Made by a program: the position numbers and the translations under genes. This document shows positions 18,525 through 28,339 of a DNA stretch of 32,000 nt, piece after piece. The notes beneath the pieces were generated by a model that did not search any database, was not told the origin of the DNA, and saw only the letters and a list, made by a program, of their open reading frames with translations. The number at the start of each line of letters is the position of its first letter. Position 1 is the stretch's first letter. Source of the stretch: Raphidiopsis brookii D9 (GTDB taxonomy: Bacteria > Cyanobacteriota > Cyanobacteriia > Cyanobacteriales > Nostocaceae); NCBI GenBank assembly GCA_000175855.1, contig ACYB01000001.1, positions 1 to 32,000 of the forward strand, written 5' to 3'.

Positions 18525-19259
18525 ATGGTTACTATTAAATGTGGTAACGTTGTCTTTTCAGATATTCAGGCAGTTTTATTCGATAAAAATGGTACTTTAG
18601 AAGACTCAGAAGATTTTTTAAGATCCCTAGGTCAAAAAGCAGTAAGACTAATAGACGCGCAAATTCCCGGTATTGGGGAACCATTGTCAATGGCGTTGGG
18701 GATTAGTGGAGATGTGTTAGATTTAACAGGTTTAATGGCCGTAGCCAGTCGCAAGGAAACGGAAATTGCTGCTGCTGCTTACATTGCGGAAACTGGTAGG
18801 GGATGGTTTGATTGTTTAAAAATTGCCCGTCAAGCTTTAAAAGAAGCTCATGAATATATTGGACAAAACCCATCCTCTTTATATCCAGGAGTCTTAGAGC
18901 TGTTGGAGTTATTATCATCCCGGGGAACAAAACTGGGGATTCTTTCAGCTGCGACCACTAAAGGTGTGAAGCAGTTTGTTACTTGTTATGGTTTGAGAGA
19001 CTATCTAGAATTAGAAATGGGAGTGGATGAGGGCCTTGGTAAACCAGATCCTAGGTTGTTTTTACAAGCTTGTAATACCTTAGGCGTGCAGCCTCAAAAT
19101 GCTTTAATGGTAGGGGATTCTATAGGTGATATGCAAATGGCACGAGATGCTAAAGCAGGGGGTTGTATAGGGATTACCTGGAACAATAACTTGGCACAGG
19201 TACGGGGAGCGGATGTGGTTATCCATCAACTTGCTGACATCCAAGTTTTAACTAATTAA
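18525..19259 (+). CDS. HAD family hydrolase
   Basis: VLFDKNGTLEDSE (motif I), LGILSAATTKG, GKPDPRLF, ALMVGDSIGDMQMARDA. The ATG at 18525 has a GGAG upstream and is likelier than 18489. Confidence 0.88.
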   Translation: MVTIKCGNVVFSDIQAVLFDKNGTLEDSEDFLRSLGQKAVRLIDAQIPGIGEPLSMALGISGDVLDLTGLMAVASRKETEIAAAAYIAETGRGWFDCLKIARQALKEAHEYIGQNPSSLYPGVLELLELLSSRGTKLGILSAATTKGVKQFVTCYGLRDYLELEMGVDEGLGKPDPRLFLQACNTLGVQPQNALMVGDSIGDMQMARDAKAGGCIGITWNNNLAQVRGADVVIHQLADIQVLTN

Positions 19260-19277
19260 TGGCCTGATCTGGAAAGC

Positions 19278-20489
19278 TCACGGTTTCAATCCAGCAATTT
19301 TCTGGACAAAATAACCCTCTTGGTATTTTAGTTCTCGGGCAATTTTTAATCCCTGCTCAAAAGCTATTAAAGCGTTGGCACTTTCTTCTTTCTGTACATA
19401 AATATCCCCCAGTTGATCATAGGCTTGCATTAGTCCATAAAAATTTCTGGCTAGGGTTTGGGTTTCTAGGAGAATTTTACTAGCTTGTAATGCTTCTCCA
19501 ATTTGATTTTGGGAACGATAAAGATCAATGAGTTTTTCTAATGCTTCACCAGCGCTTAGATACATTTGCAATTGCCAAGCAATAATATAAGCCTCTTGAT
19601 AACTGTTCAATGCTGGTTGGAGAAAGGAAGGATTTTGTGGTACTAGGGACTGATAATTTTCTGCTATTGCTATTTTTATCCGGGGAATTGCCTGCTGGTT
19701 GTCTTGTTGATTGTAAATTGATGCTAACTGATTGAGTATATTAATTGCTTTAAGGGGTTGTTTACTTTGTTCAAAAATATAAGCCAGTTGTTGTAAATAC
19801 CTTAATTGATTGGTTCTATCACCTCTAGTTACTGCTAAATTCAGTAGCTCTTGATATGTGATCGCAGCTTGGGAATAATTAAACCAATTTAGATGTAACT
19901 CACCTATTTGATTCAGAGTTTCCACCTCAGCAACCAGGTCATTTTCACGTTTGACCAGACTTAGAACCCGCTCATAAACCTTCACTGCTAACTGAGGAGA
20001 ACGTACATTTTGATATCCTACCCCTAGCGATCGCCATAGTTGTAAATCAGCACTTTTTTCATTTTGTAACTGGGTTTCAATTTTCCGTAAGCTCTGGGTG
20101 ATATACTGTACCTGTTGTCGATTATTTTCTCGCCAGGCAATTGCACCTACTCTTGATATTGCTTGTACTTGTGATAACAGACCTAAAAATCGTCTTAGTC
20201 GCAATTCTCGATTCCACATAGAAAAAGCAGTTTCTTGATCTCCACTTTCTAACCTGATTGTAGCCTGTTGATTCAACTCATCTAAGGCAGCTTCTAAGGT
20301 TTTTAATTCTTCCGTAGTTAATGGTTTTTCGTTGACATTACTCCTAATGAGGGAGTCTGGTATATTAGTTTCTAGGGGATTGGGGGAAAACTTATCTATT
20401 GTTGGTTTGGGATTTTGTGCCAGTGTCACAAAACTTGACAAATGCCAGATAATAATACTAACTACCACATAATTTAATGTTTTGAGCAT
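19278..20489 (-). CDS. Secreted TPR-repeat protein
   Basis: Signal peptide-like N-terminus (VVVSIIIWHLSSFVTLAQ) and repeated TPR-like helices (e.g. AYQYEQSKQPLKAINILNQLASIY-type patterns). Confidence 0.6.
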   Translation of the reverse strand: MLKTLNYVVVSIIIWHLSSFVTLAQNPKPTIDKFSPNPLETNIPDSLIRSNVNEKPLTTEELKTLEAALDELNQQATIRLESGDQETAFSMWNRELRLRRFLGLLSQVQAISRVGAIAWRENNRQQVQYITQSLRKIETQLQNEKSADLQLWRSLGVGYQNVRSPQLAVKVYERVLSLVKRENDLVAEVETLNQIGELHLNWFNYSQAAITYQELLNLAVTRGDRTNQLRYLQQLAYIFEQSKQPLKAINILNQLASIYNQQDNQQAIPRIKIAIAENYQSLVPQNPSFLQPALNSYQEAYIIAWQLQMYLSAGEALEKLIDLYRSQNQIGEALQASKILLETQTLARNFYGLMQAYDQLGDIYVQKEESANALIAFEQGLKIARELKYQEGYFVQKIAGLKP

Positions 20490-20555
20490 AAATTACCCAC
20501 CTTCTCCAGTATAACTAAACCGTGAAATTACCATATTTAGGCCTCTTTACCCCTT

Positions 20556-21335
20556 ATGAGTAAACTCATCCCCGCCCTCAGCATCAAAAACTTTAATTTT
20601 TATTACAACAATCGAAAAATCCTTGAGGGTGTATCAATGAATATATCTCAAAACAAAATCACAGCCATGATTGGGCCTAGTGGTTGTGGCAAATCTACTT
20701 TTCTAAAATCTCTTAACCGTATGAGTGAACTAGAAGGAGAAGTGAAATTAGAAGGAACAGTAGAATTTTTTGGACAAAATATCCATGGTAAACGGGTAAA
20801 TTTAAATCGTCTTCGCCGTCAGATTAGTATGATCTATGCCCTACCAAATCTTTTCCCCATCAGCATCTATGACAATGTGGTCTACGGGGTAAAATTAATT
20901 GGCTGGCATCCCAAAGCAGAATTAGATGAAATAGTAGAGATAGCACTCAAGAGGGCAAATATTTGGGAGGAGTTGAAAAATAAAATGCACAAATCAGCCC
21001 TAGAATTGTCTATAGGACAACAACAAAGACTTTGTATTGCCCGATCCCTAGCTGTAAAACCACAGGTACTATTAATAGATGAATTTTGTCTAGGACTAGA
21101 CCCCATTGCCATTAGAAAGATGGAAGAACTCATAGAGTGTTTGCGATCGGAGTTAACAATTGTGTTTGTTTCTCACAATATCCAACAGGTTTTAAGACTA
21201 TCAGATTTTACTGCCATATTTCAATACAATCAAAATCATGTTGGGAATCTGGCAGATTTTGGTCCTAGCAAAAGAATCATAGCGAATAGTTTTCACCATC
21301 GGATTCGGGATTCTATAGGTAACTATTGGCGATAG
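20556..21335 (+). CDS. PstB-like ABC transporter ATP-binding protein (divergent, orphan)
   Basis: MIGPSGCGKSTFLKSLNRM (Walker A), LFPISIYDNVVYGVKL, LSIGQQQRLCIARSLAVKPQVLLIDEFCLGLDPIA, VFVSHNIQQ. Confidence 0.85.
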   Translation: MSKLIPALSIKNFNFYYNNRKILEGVSMNISQNKITAMIGPSGCGKSTFLKSLNRMSELEGEVKLEGTVEFFGQNIHGKRVNLNRLRRQISMIYALPNLFPISIYDNVVYGVKLIGWHPKAELDEIVEIALKRANIWEELKNKMHKSALELSIGQQQRLCIARSLAVKPQVLLIDEFCLGLDPIAIRKMEELIECLRSELTIVFVSHNIQQVLRLSDFTAIFQYNQNHVGNLADFGPSKRIIANSFHHRIRDSIGNYWR

Positions 21336-21342
21336 GTCGGTT

Positions 21343-21900
21343 TTAAGGTTTTAGGACTAGAAATGAACGAGCTAAGAAAAAGCTAGTAACCGTTTTAGCG
21401 TCTACAGGCTCTCCTCTATCAATAGCGGTTTCTAATTCTGCAGGGGATAAAAATACAGTTTCAATATCTTCATCTTCATCTTGCTGGGGGGGTGTTTCCA
21501 GTTTTTCCAAATCCCGAGCTAAAAAAGCATAGATAATTTCATCGGAATAACCAGGTGCTAGGAAAAATTCTCCTAACTTATCCCACTGATGAGCTTTGTA
21601 ACCAATTTCTTCTTGAATTTCTCTTTGTACTGTTGTCAAGGGCTTTTCATTTGGTTCCACAGTACCAGCAGGAAATTCTAACAACCTTCCCTGAACTGCA
21701 AAACGATATTGGCGCACCAGAATTAATTTGCCATCATCAGTAACTGGAATGGCTAAAGCACCACCGGGATGACGAATACATTCCCATTCTCCTTCCGACT
21801 TGTTTGGTAACCGTAAACGACTCACTTCAAAGTCGAATTTGCGACCCTTATGGAATAAACGTTGCTTAAGCAACTGTGGCAATTCTCTACCTAATGGCAT
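21343..21900 (-). CDS. NUDIX hydrolase, ADP-ribose pyrophosphatase-like
   Basis: GTVEPNEKPLTTVQREIQEEIGYKA Nudix box (GX5EX7REUXEEXGU) and upstream VRQYRFAV...EFPAG. Confidence 0.9.
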   Translation of the reverse strand: MPLGRELPQLLKQRLFHKGRKFDFEVSRLRLPNKSEGEWECIRHPGGALAIPVTDDGKLILVRQYRFAVQGRLLEFPAGTVEPNEKPLTTVQREIQEEIGYKAHQWDKLGEFFLAPGYSDEIIYAFLARDLEKLETPPQQDEDEDIETVFLSPAELETAIDRGEPVDAKTVTSFFLARSFLVLKP

Positions 21901-21957
21901 AATAAACTTCTAATTTTGGCAACTACTAGGAATACATACGGGGAGCAAGTCATACAA

Positions 21958-22479
21958 TCAGGGCCTTCGGATAATAGTTTTCACAGCTGAACCACTACAC
22001 AAGTGTACATCAGAATGGTCTACATTTCTCAATAGATTCCTAATTGTCATTCCAGATATGGGATCTTGCCAGTCTCCAGCAATTTCTTCTAAAGGAACTA
22101 ATACAAAACCTCGTTCATACATTCGTGGATGGGGAATTTGCAGGTTGGACTGATTTAAAATTAGGTTATCATATATTAACAAGTCCAAGTCTAAGGTTCT
22201 TGCTCCCCAACGTTCTAGGCGCACGCGACCGAACTGTTGTTCCACTGCCAATAAGCTGGCTAATAGGTCATGAGGTGACATTGTTACCTCAAGTATAGCA
22301 CAAGCATTTAAATAATCTGGTTGAGATGGACCCACAGCTTTGGTTCTATAAAAACTAGATGTAGATTTTATAAGTAAGCCCGGGATTTGAGATAATGTGT
22401 CTAAGCATGATGATAGAATACTGGTTGAATCGCCCAGGTTACTGCCTAGGGCAATTGCAGTTTTATGAGTACTCCCCAT
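21958..22479 (-). CDS. folK: 2-amino-4-hydroxy-6-hydroxymethyldihydropteridine pyrophosphokinase
   Basis: ALGSNLGDS, FYRTKAVGPSQPDYLNACAILE, RWGARTLDLDLLIYD, PHPRMYERGFVLVPL. Confidence 0.93.
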   Translation of the reverse strand: MGSTHKTAIALGSNLGDSTSILSSCLDTLSQIPGLLIKSTSSFYRTKAVGPSQPDYLNACAILEVTMSPHDLLASLLAVEQQFGRVRLERWGARTLDLDLLIYDNLILNQSNLQIPHPRMYERGFVLVPLEEIAGDWQDPISGMTIRNLLRNVDHSDVHLCSGSAVKTIIRRP

Positions 22480-22524
22480 GTTAACTAGGTCCGAAACCAG
22501 GGTTCGGTGAGTAATGAGTTTTGA

Positions 22525-22725
22525 CTATTCTTTATCAATCTTGGGGACAAAATCAGGACGATCCTTACTTTCCCAACCTGGGGGACGTTTAGAATTGTAC
22601 CAGGCGATTGAACCAATAGTAACTGCAGCAACAAAGCCAACCACATAGACTAAGGTGAAGGCCAATGGAAAATGATTACCAGCGGACACTGGCGCTGCTT
22701 CTAGTAGTATTAACGACAAACTCAT
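22525..22725 (-). CDS. Small single-TM protein, probably Psb35-like photosystem II assembly protein
   Basis: 66 aa: one TM helix (AFTLVYVVGFVAAVTIGSIAWYNSKRPPGWE) followed by a charged tail. Family assignment from memory only. Confidence 0.45.
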   Translation of the reverse strand: MSLSLILLEAAPVSAGNHFPLAFTLVYVVGFVAAVTIGSIAWYNSKRPPGWESKDRPDFVPKIDKE

Positions 22726-22859
22726 GAGTGTTTTATCCCACTGCTTATAATATAGGATTTCAGGATTTTATTTCATTTTACTATAATCTCACATATTATA
22801 GGCATAGTTAACCAAATATGTTGAATATAATATTTGATTTGGGAAAAAAACAAATGTTA

Positions 22860-25229
22860 TCAGTCAGGTTTGAGTCGTTCTCGCCAAGATGGTTGGCCAG
22901 CTGGGGAATTGGGAGTTGGGAGTGAGGATGGCACAGTCTGGAAATCATTGCGACGCCGCCTTCTTCTTCTGGTAGAAGTGGTATTTTCCTCAGTTGAGGA
23001 TGGCACAGTCTGCACATCGTAGCGACGCCGCCTTCTTCTTCTGGTAGAAGTGGTGCTTTCCTCAGTTGAAGATGGCACAGTCTGCACATCGTAGCGACGC
23101 CGCCTTCTTCTTCTGGTAGAAGTATCCTGATCTTGGTCTAATTGCCAATTGCGCCCTCTTCTACCACTTTGGCTGGTAGATGAATTACCATCTTGAGAAT
23201 CTGAGTTATCATCACGCTTAGAAAATTTAAAGCCAGCATTTTTCTTAGAAATTGGTTGAGCCTTGATTGTGGCTTTGCGCTTTGCCACTCGGGAAGGTCG
23301 TGGAAACTTTTCCACTTTCAGGTCTTTTACAGCTCCCTCCATGAATTGAGACCAGGTGTAAGCAGCTGTGGAACTGGAACCATGAGTAGGGCGATTGTTA
23401 TCATTACCTAGCCAAATTCCTGTTACCATTTGGGGTATGTAGCCAATAAACCATAAATCCCTTGACTCATCAGATGTACCGGTTTTTCCTGCTACTGGCC
23501 TGTCTGGCAATTGGGCGGCCCGTCCAGTACCGTTGGTAACTACATTGGTTAACATATTGGTCACAATACCACTGCTATCAGCATCCAAGGCTCTTTTAGG
23601 TTGGAAATTCGCACTCCAAATTACATCACCCTGACGATTAAGAATGCGACGAATGGCGTGTGCTTCCGTATGTAAACCTTCAGTGGCAAAGGAACCATAG
23701 GCACTGGTTAATTCTAAAAGGTTAACCTCATTAGAACCAAGAGCTAAGGAGTAGTTATGTTCTAAACGTGATTTAATCCCCATGTTTTGGGCAATTTTAA
23801 TGGTTGGCTCATAGCCAACATCTATTAACACTTGAAGGGAAATTGTATTGATGGATAGAGCCAATGCGTCTTGCATGCTCATTAAACCACGGAACTTCTC
23901 GCTATAATTCTTTGGCTCATAACCTCTAAATGAAATAGGCTGATCCATATATGTATCCCCTGGATTCTTACCTGAAGCTATGGCAGCTGCATATACAAAG
24001 GTTTTAAATGTTGAACCTGGCTGTCTTTGAGCTTGGGTTACTCTATTGAACTGAGTTTTGGCAAAATCTTTCCCTCCAACCATCACCTGAATTTCTCCAT
24101 TACGGGGATTAATAGACACTAAGGCACCTTCTCGAAACCTTCCCCAAGTTCCTTCTGTTTTCAGGGTTTTTACTAGTACCTCTTCCGCCATTTTTTGCCA
24201 ATTTGAATTTAAGCTAGTTTCTACAGTTAGTCCACCCGCTGCTAAAATATCGGGTTTCAGGTATTTGGGTAGCTGCTGCTGCACGTAGGAACAAAAATAG
24301 GGCGCAGTAACTTGAAATCGTCTGGGTAAATTACTCTTAACTGTAAGTGTTTGTTGAAGTGCGGACTGTTTTTCTTGGGGTGTAATTACTCCATCCTCCT
24401 CCATTCTTTGTAAAACCGTATTTCTTCTGGCTATAGCTCCAGGGAGATTCTTGTCGGGAGCGTAAATATTGGGTGCAGGAGCAAGACCAGCAATAGTGGC
24501 TATTTCTGATAAGTTCAGTTGATCTACTGTTTTGCCAAAATATACCCAGCTGGCATCTGCTACTCCGTAAGCTCCCGAACCTAAATAAACTAAATTTAGG
24601 TAACGTTCTAAAATTTCTTCTTTGGTGAGTTCCCCTTCTATTTTCTGGGCTAAACGCACTTCCTTGAGTTTGCGCCACAGAGTCCGCTCTTGACTAAGAA
24701 ACAGAATTCTAGCCAGTTGTTGAGTAATGGTACTACCACCTTGAACTACGTTTTTTGACTGGAAGTTACTGAGAGTAGCCCTAATAATTCCCTGAAAGTC
24801 TATTCCATCATGTTGTTTGAATCTTCTGTCTTCTGACGCAATAAAGGCTAACTGCAATTTGTCTGGAATCTGTTGTATTTTTAACTGCTCTCTTGTTGCT
24901 TCCCCTTGCTGCATTAAGACAGTACTGTCCCCAGCTTTAATGGTCAGGGTTTGTTGCCTTATCATCGCATTAAGTTCTGATTTATCTGGTAAGGAACTGT
25001 CTACTGTCCGAATACCATAGTTTAAACCAATTATGGTACTACTTAAACCTAACCCCGCCCAGAACCAAATCTGCCGATAAAACGGCTTCTCACCTCTCCC
25101 AATTTTTTCTCTCACCATCAACGATAGCTGCTGAATATGCCCAAGTAACAAGCCCAATTTTGGTGGTATACTCAGGGGTAGTTTCTCATCTGTGGGATTC
25201 TCGTTTTTCTGATTATTACCAACTGGCAA
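22860..25229 (-). CDS. Class A penicillin-binding protein (transglycosylase/transpeptidase, PBP1A family)
   Basis: FIASEDRRFKQHDGID, GGSTITQQLAR, RKLKEVRLAQKIE (GT51); RQPGSTFKTFVY, KTGTSDESRDLWFIGY (transpeptidase). Confidence 0.92.
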   Translation of the reverse strand: MPVGNNQKNENPTDEKLPLSIPPKLGLLLGHIQQLSLMVREKIGRGEKPFYRQIWFWAGLGLSSTIIGLNYGIRTVDSSLPDKSELNAMIRQQTLTIKAGDSTVLMQQGEATREQLKIQQIPDKLQLAFIASEDRRFKQHDGIDFQGIIRATLSNFQSKNVVQGGSTITQQLARILFLSQERTLWRKLKEVRLAQKIEGELTKEEILERYLNLVYLGSGAYGVADASWVYFGKTVDQLNLSEIATIAGLAPAPNIYAPDKNLPGAIARRNTVLQRMEEDGVITPQEKQSALQQTLTVKSNLPRRFQVTAPYFCSYVQQQLPKYLKPDILAAGGLTVETSLNSNWQKMAEEVLVKTLKTEGTWGRFREGALVSINPRNGEIQVMVGGKDFAKTQFNRVTQAQRQPGSTFKTFVYAAAIASGKNPGDTYMDQPISFRGYEPKNYSEKFRGLMSMQDALALSINTISLQVLIDVGYEPTIKIAQNMGIKSRLEHNYSLALGSNEVNLLELTSAYGSFATEGLHTEAHAIRRILNRQGDVIWSANFQPKRALDADSSGIVTNMLTNVVTNGTGRAAQLPDRPVAGKTGTSDESRDLWFIGYIPQMVTGIWLGNDNNRPTHGSSSTAAYTWSQFMEGAVKDLKVEKFPRPSRVAKRKATIKAQPISKKNAGFKFSKRDDNSDSQDGNSSTSQSGRRGRNWQLDQDQDTSTRRRRRRRYDVQTVPSSTEESTTSTRRRRRRRYDVQTVPSSTEENTTSTRRRRRRRNDFQTVPSSLPTPNSPAGQPSWRERLKPD
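22925..23126 (-). repeat. 72-bp in-frame tandem repeat (~2.7 units) in the PBP C-terminal tail
   Basis: 'cgacgccgccttcttcttctggtagaagt' starts at 22951, 23023 and 23095. It encodes 24-aa units like STRRRRRRRYDVQTVPSSTEENTT. Confidence 0.92.
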
Positions 25230-25488
25230 GAGTCATTTCTCCTTATCAGACGTAGTTTAAGTGAAGTTTTAATTGTTTTAATTATAGCTTTAGCCAGAAC
25301 GCCATGGACAGGTCTGATGGCTAAGCTAAAAGTCAGTGCTGGTGTTCTGAATCGCCCCATTCCCAGTGGCTACGGCTATAGTTAGTGACTAATATCACTC
25401 ATACTGAGCCGTTTCAACCACAGTAGTTTTAATGTAAAACTGGCAAATTTCCCTCTTTCCGGAGATATTTTGGGCGAATTTCCCTTAG

Positions 25489-25911
25489 TTAGTTTTGTAC
25501 GTCCACCCAGCGACGGTAAAGTTTTTGAATTTTCCTGAGCAAGGAGGTGTAAATTGTTTGATTATAATCCAAGTTTTTAGTTAAATCCTGTATTTTTGTT
25601 AGCAATTTAGCCTCTTCCGTAGCCACTTCACCATCACTATAGATTAACCCACTGATGGATTCAATTAAGTCTTGACACTGTTCTAAACTAGGGCGATCGC
25701 CTAAATACTCTCTTACCCATTGATAGCATTGATCTGGTTTAACTTGAACTAACTCGTAGAGCCAAGGTTTGATTTCTGGATCAGCAGAAAGACCCTTAGA
25801 ATGGGCTATCTCTCTGAGATATTGTCTTTCCTCTGGCTGAATTCTACCATCAATCCAAGCTGCACCAATGAGAATTTTAACTAGATTTTTTACGTCGGGA
25901 TGATTAACCAT
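25489..25911 (-). CDS. TerB-family (tellurite resistance-like) protein
   Basis: LVKILIGAAWIDGRIQPEERQYLREIA and GLIYSDGEVATEEAKLL, paired TerB-like acidic helices. Confidence 0.75.
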   Translation of the reverse strand: MVNHPDVKNLVKILIGAAWIDGRIQPEERQYLREIAHSKGLSADPEIKPWLYELVQVKPDQCYQWVREYLGDRPSLEQCQDLIESISGLIYSDGEVATEEAKLLTKIQDLTKNLDYNQTIYTSLLRKIQKLYRRWVDVQN

Positions 25912-25974
25912 TTTGCCTCCTCCAGTAGATTCGGACTCTGGTTAAATGATACAATAGTTGGGGATATTTCAAGT

Positions 25975-27372
25975 CTAATCCTTGTTTTTTCTTAAACGCA
26001 CTAAGAAAAAACCGTCCATAAGCTGTTGGTGTGGCCAGAGCTTTAACCATCCGGGGGAGGAAACATCCAGAAAATCAAAGTTTGGCTTTTCCATCTCCCA
26101 CTGGGGATTGATATGCAAAAATTCTCTAATTAGGTCCTCGTTCTCCTGGGGATGCAAGGTGCAAGTAGCATAGACTAAGACTCCTCCTGGCTTGACAAAC
26201 TTGGCAGTATGGGATATAAGTTCTTTCTGTATGTGAGCAAGATCTCCTACGGAGCTAGGGTCTTGTCGCCAGCGTGCATCAGCGTGACGGTGCATAGTCC
26301 CTAAACCAGAACAGGGAGCGTCTAACAGTACCCGGTCAGCTACATGGTGGAATTGAGTAAAATTGCGACTGTCTCCAGGAAAAATTTCAATGGATTGCAA
26401 ACGGAGACGTTGAGCATTTTCACTGAGTTTACGTAAGCGAGAAGGAGTGCGATCGCAGGCATATATTTTGCCATTATCACCCATTAATTCGGCAATGTGG
26501 GTGGTTTTTCCCCCGGGGGCGGCACAAACATCAATAATCACCTCACCAGGCTTAGGATCGAGCAAATGACCAACTAACTGGGCCGCAGCATCTTGTATGC
26601 ACCACCATCCCTCAGTGAAACCTGGTAAATTTTGAATTGGTCCAGCAGGGTTGACTAACCTTAACCCCTGGGGTAAGTGGGGTATCCTATCCACTAAAAT
26701 ACCAGCCTTTTTAAAAACTGATTCCACCATTTCTAGGGAAGCTCGAAGAATATTGACCCGTAAATCAATCGTCGGAGTTTGATTCATCCACTGACAGAGT
26801 TTTTCCGTTTCTTCCTGGCCCAACTGTGATAACCAAACCTCAATTACCCAATTGGGAAAGCTGTATAAAATACCTAGTCTTTCTACCAAATTTTCCGGAA
26901 GGATCAGGGGATCAGAGGTCTTTTCCAAAAGACGTATATATTGGCGTAAAAAACCATTCACAAAACCAGTTAACCCGGGGAAACCATTTTCTTTTGCCAG
27001 TTGCACAGTAGTATTGACAGCAGCAGAAACGGGGATTTTTTGTTGGTAACGCAGTTGATACAAACCCAGATGCAAAATACATCGCAGATCCCTTGGCTGT
27101 TGTTGTGATTTTTTATCAGCAATTTGGTCAATTATTGCATCTAAGCTGCGTTGTCTCCTCACACTACCGTAGACCAATTCTGTCATTAATCGTCGGTCAT
27201 GATCAGACAACTTAAACTTCTGTAAAGTGCGATCGATAGCAATATCAGCATAAGCTCCCCGGTGTACTTCTCTGAGAGCAGTAAATGCTATTTGTCGAGT
27301 AGATAAGGTTTTCATAAAAGGATCATTATACCATTTTAACATGCACTGAACAAAGGGAATTGCCTGGGGCAA
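25975..27372 (-). CDS. rsmB: 16S rRNA (cytosine-5)-methyltransferase RsmB
   Basis: NusB-like N-terminus plus VIDVCAAPGGKTTHIAE, DRVLLDAPCSGLGTMHRHADARW, GVLVYATCTLHPQENE. Likely true start at MKTLSTRQIAFTALREV (27315). Confidence 0.93.
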   Translation of the reverse strand: MPQAIPFVQCMLKWYNDPFMKTLSTRQIAFTALREVHRGAYADIAIDRTLQKFKLSDHDRRLMTELVYGSVRRQRSLDAIIDQIADKKSQQQPRDLRCILHLGLYQLRYQQKIPVSAAVNTTVQLAKENGFPGLTGFVNGFLRQYIRLLEKTSDPLILPENLVERLGILYSFPNWVIEVWLSQLGQEETEKLCQWMNQTPTIDLRVNILRASLEMVESVFKKAGILVDRIPHLPQGLRLVNPAGPIQNLPGFTEGWWCIQDAAAQLVGHLLDPKPGEVIIDVCAAPGGKTTHIAELMGDNGKIYACDRTPSRLRKLSENAQRLRLQSIEIFPGDSRNFTQFHHVADRVLLDAPCSGLGTMHRHADARWRQDPSSVGDLAHIQKELISHTAKFVKPGGVLVYATCTLHPQENEDLIREFLHINPQWEMEKPNFDFLDVSSPGWLKLWPHQQLMDGFFLVRLRKNKD

Positions 27373-27413
27373 TTCCCTTCTTGCACAGTTGTCAAAGGTG
27401 CTGTGGTATTGAT

Positions 27414-28259
27414 TTATCTTCTTCTGCTACCAAAACCGCCAGAGCGCCGAACCCCAGAAGAACGAGATCCACTGCCAAAACTACTACCAGAATTACGTCG
27501 CAGAGAACTAGACCGCCCTGATGAGCGGAGATTACTACCCCCAAAGCCAGATCCAGTAGCTCTACCACCAGTATTATTCCGATTTGTCAATCCACTATTA
27601 GATCTAAGGGATCCAGTAGTACGGAAAACTGCACGATTTCTCACAGCTGCAGGTGGTTGATTATAGCGACTTTGATAACTAGAAACTGCTGCATTATAGC
27701 TAGAACCATATCCACCATGACCATAAATACCACCGGGTTGATAAACGGGGGGTACGTAGTACTGAGGTCTGAATAACATACTACCAATGGCCTGACCTGC
27801 TATATTACCAGCTACAGCAGCTGCGAAAGGAGTCCAGAAACTAGACTCTTGACGGACAAAAACCGTTTCCTGCTGTCCGGTTTGAGGATTACTTCTGGTT
27901 TCGGTAACATTATGGACATACTCAATTTTAAAGTCCTCGGTTATATATAAGGCTAGTTGTCCATTCTCCACCTTTAAATAACTTTTTTTGCCCTCTTTGA
28001 CTTCCTCATCAGTTAAACGAGCCATTTGTAATTTCTCCGTGGCAAAAGTTGGTGGTTGATTGCCCAGCAAAAATAGGGTATACTCACCATTGGCATCGTT
28101 ATAAGTAACCTGTTGTACTTGATACTGTCCATCATTGAGTTTAGTGGGGGTTGCACTTTGACTACCATTGGAGTAGGTGGTATTTTGGGAACCTCCCCCA
28201 CAAGCAATGGTTGTTAAGCACAAAGTTAGGGCTAAACAAACAATTGTCAGTTTACGCAT
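27414..28259 (-). CDS. Putative lipoprotein with Gly/Ser/Arg-rich C-terminus
   Basis: From internal Met MRKLTIVCLALTLCLTTIACGGG (lipobox TIAC). The track ORF extends to 28334. Confidence 0.6.
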   Translation of the reverse strand: MRKLTIVCLALTLCLTTIACGGGSQNTTYSNGSQSATPTKLNDGQYQVQQVTYNDANGEYTLFLLGNQPPTFATEKLQMARLTDEEVKEGKKSYLKVENGQLALYITEDFKIEYVHNVTETRSNPQTGQQETVFVRQESSFWTPFAAAVAGNIAGQAIGSMLFRPQYYVPPVYQPGGIYGHGGYGSSYNAAVSSYQSRYNQPPAAVRNRAVFRTTGSLRSNSGLTNRNNTGGRATGSGFGGSNLRSSGRSSSLRRNSGSSFGSGSRSSGVRRSGGFGSRRR

Positions 28260-28339
28260 TATAGTCTTGACCATTTGAATAATTTGATTTTTCCGGGGTG
28301 TTATTTTTGATTGCCAATAACTCAAGGTTAACAAGAAAA

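Noticed and set aside
22808-23089. 93-aa minus-strand ORF with repeated CRLCHxQLRK and LLPEEEGG, superficially zinc-finger-like
   Set aside because: Alternative-frame reading of the 72-bp DNA repeat inside the PBP gene; the repeated Cys pattern is inherited from the DNA repeat.
24337-25360. ORFs at 24337-24678 (+), 24817-25020 (+) and 25172-25360 (-)
   Set aside because: Shadow or overlap of the PBP coding region and its upstream edge; no recognisable domain or credible start.
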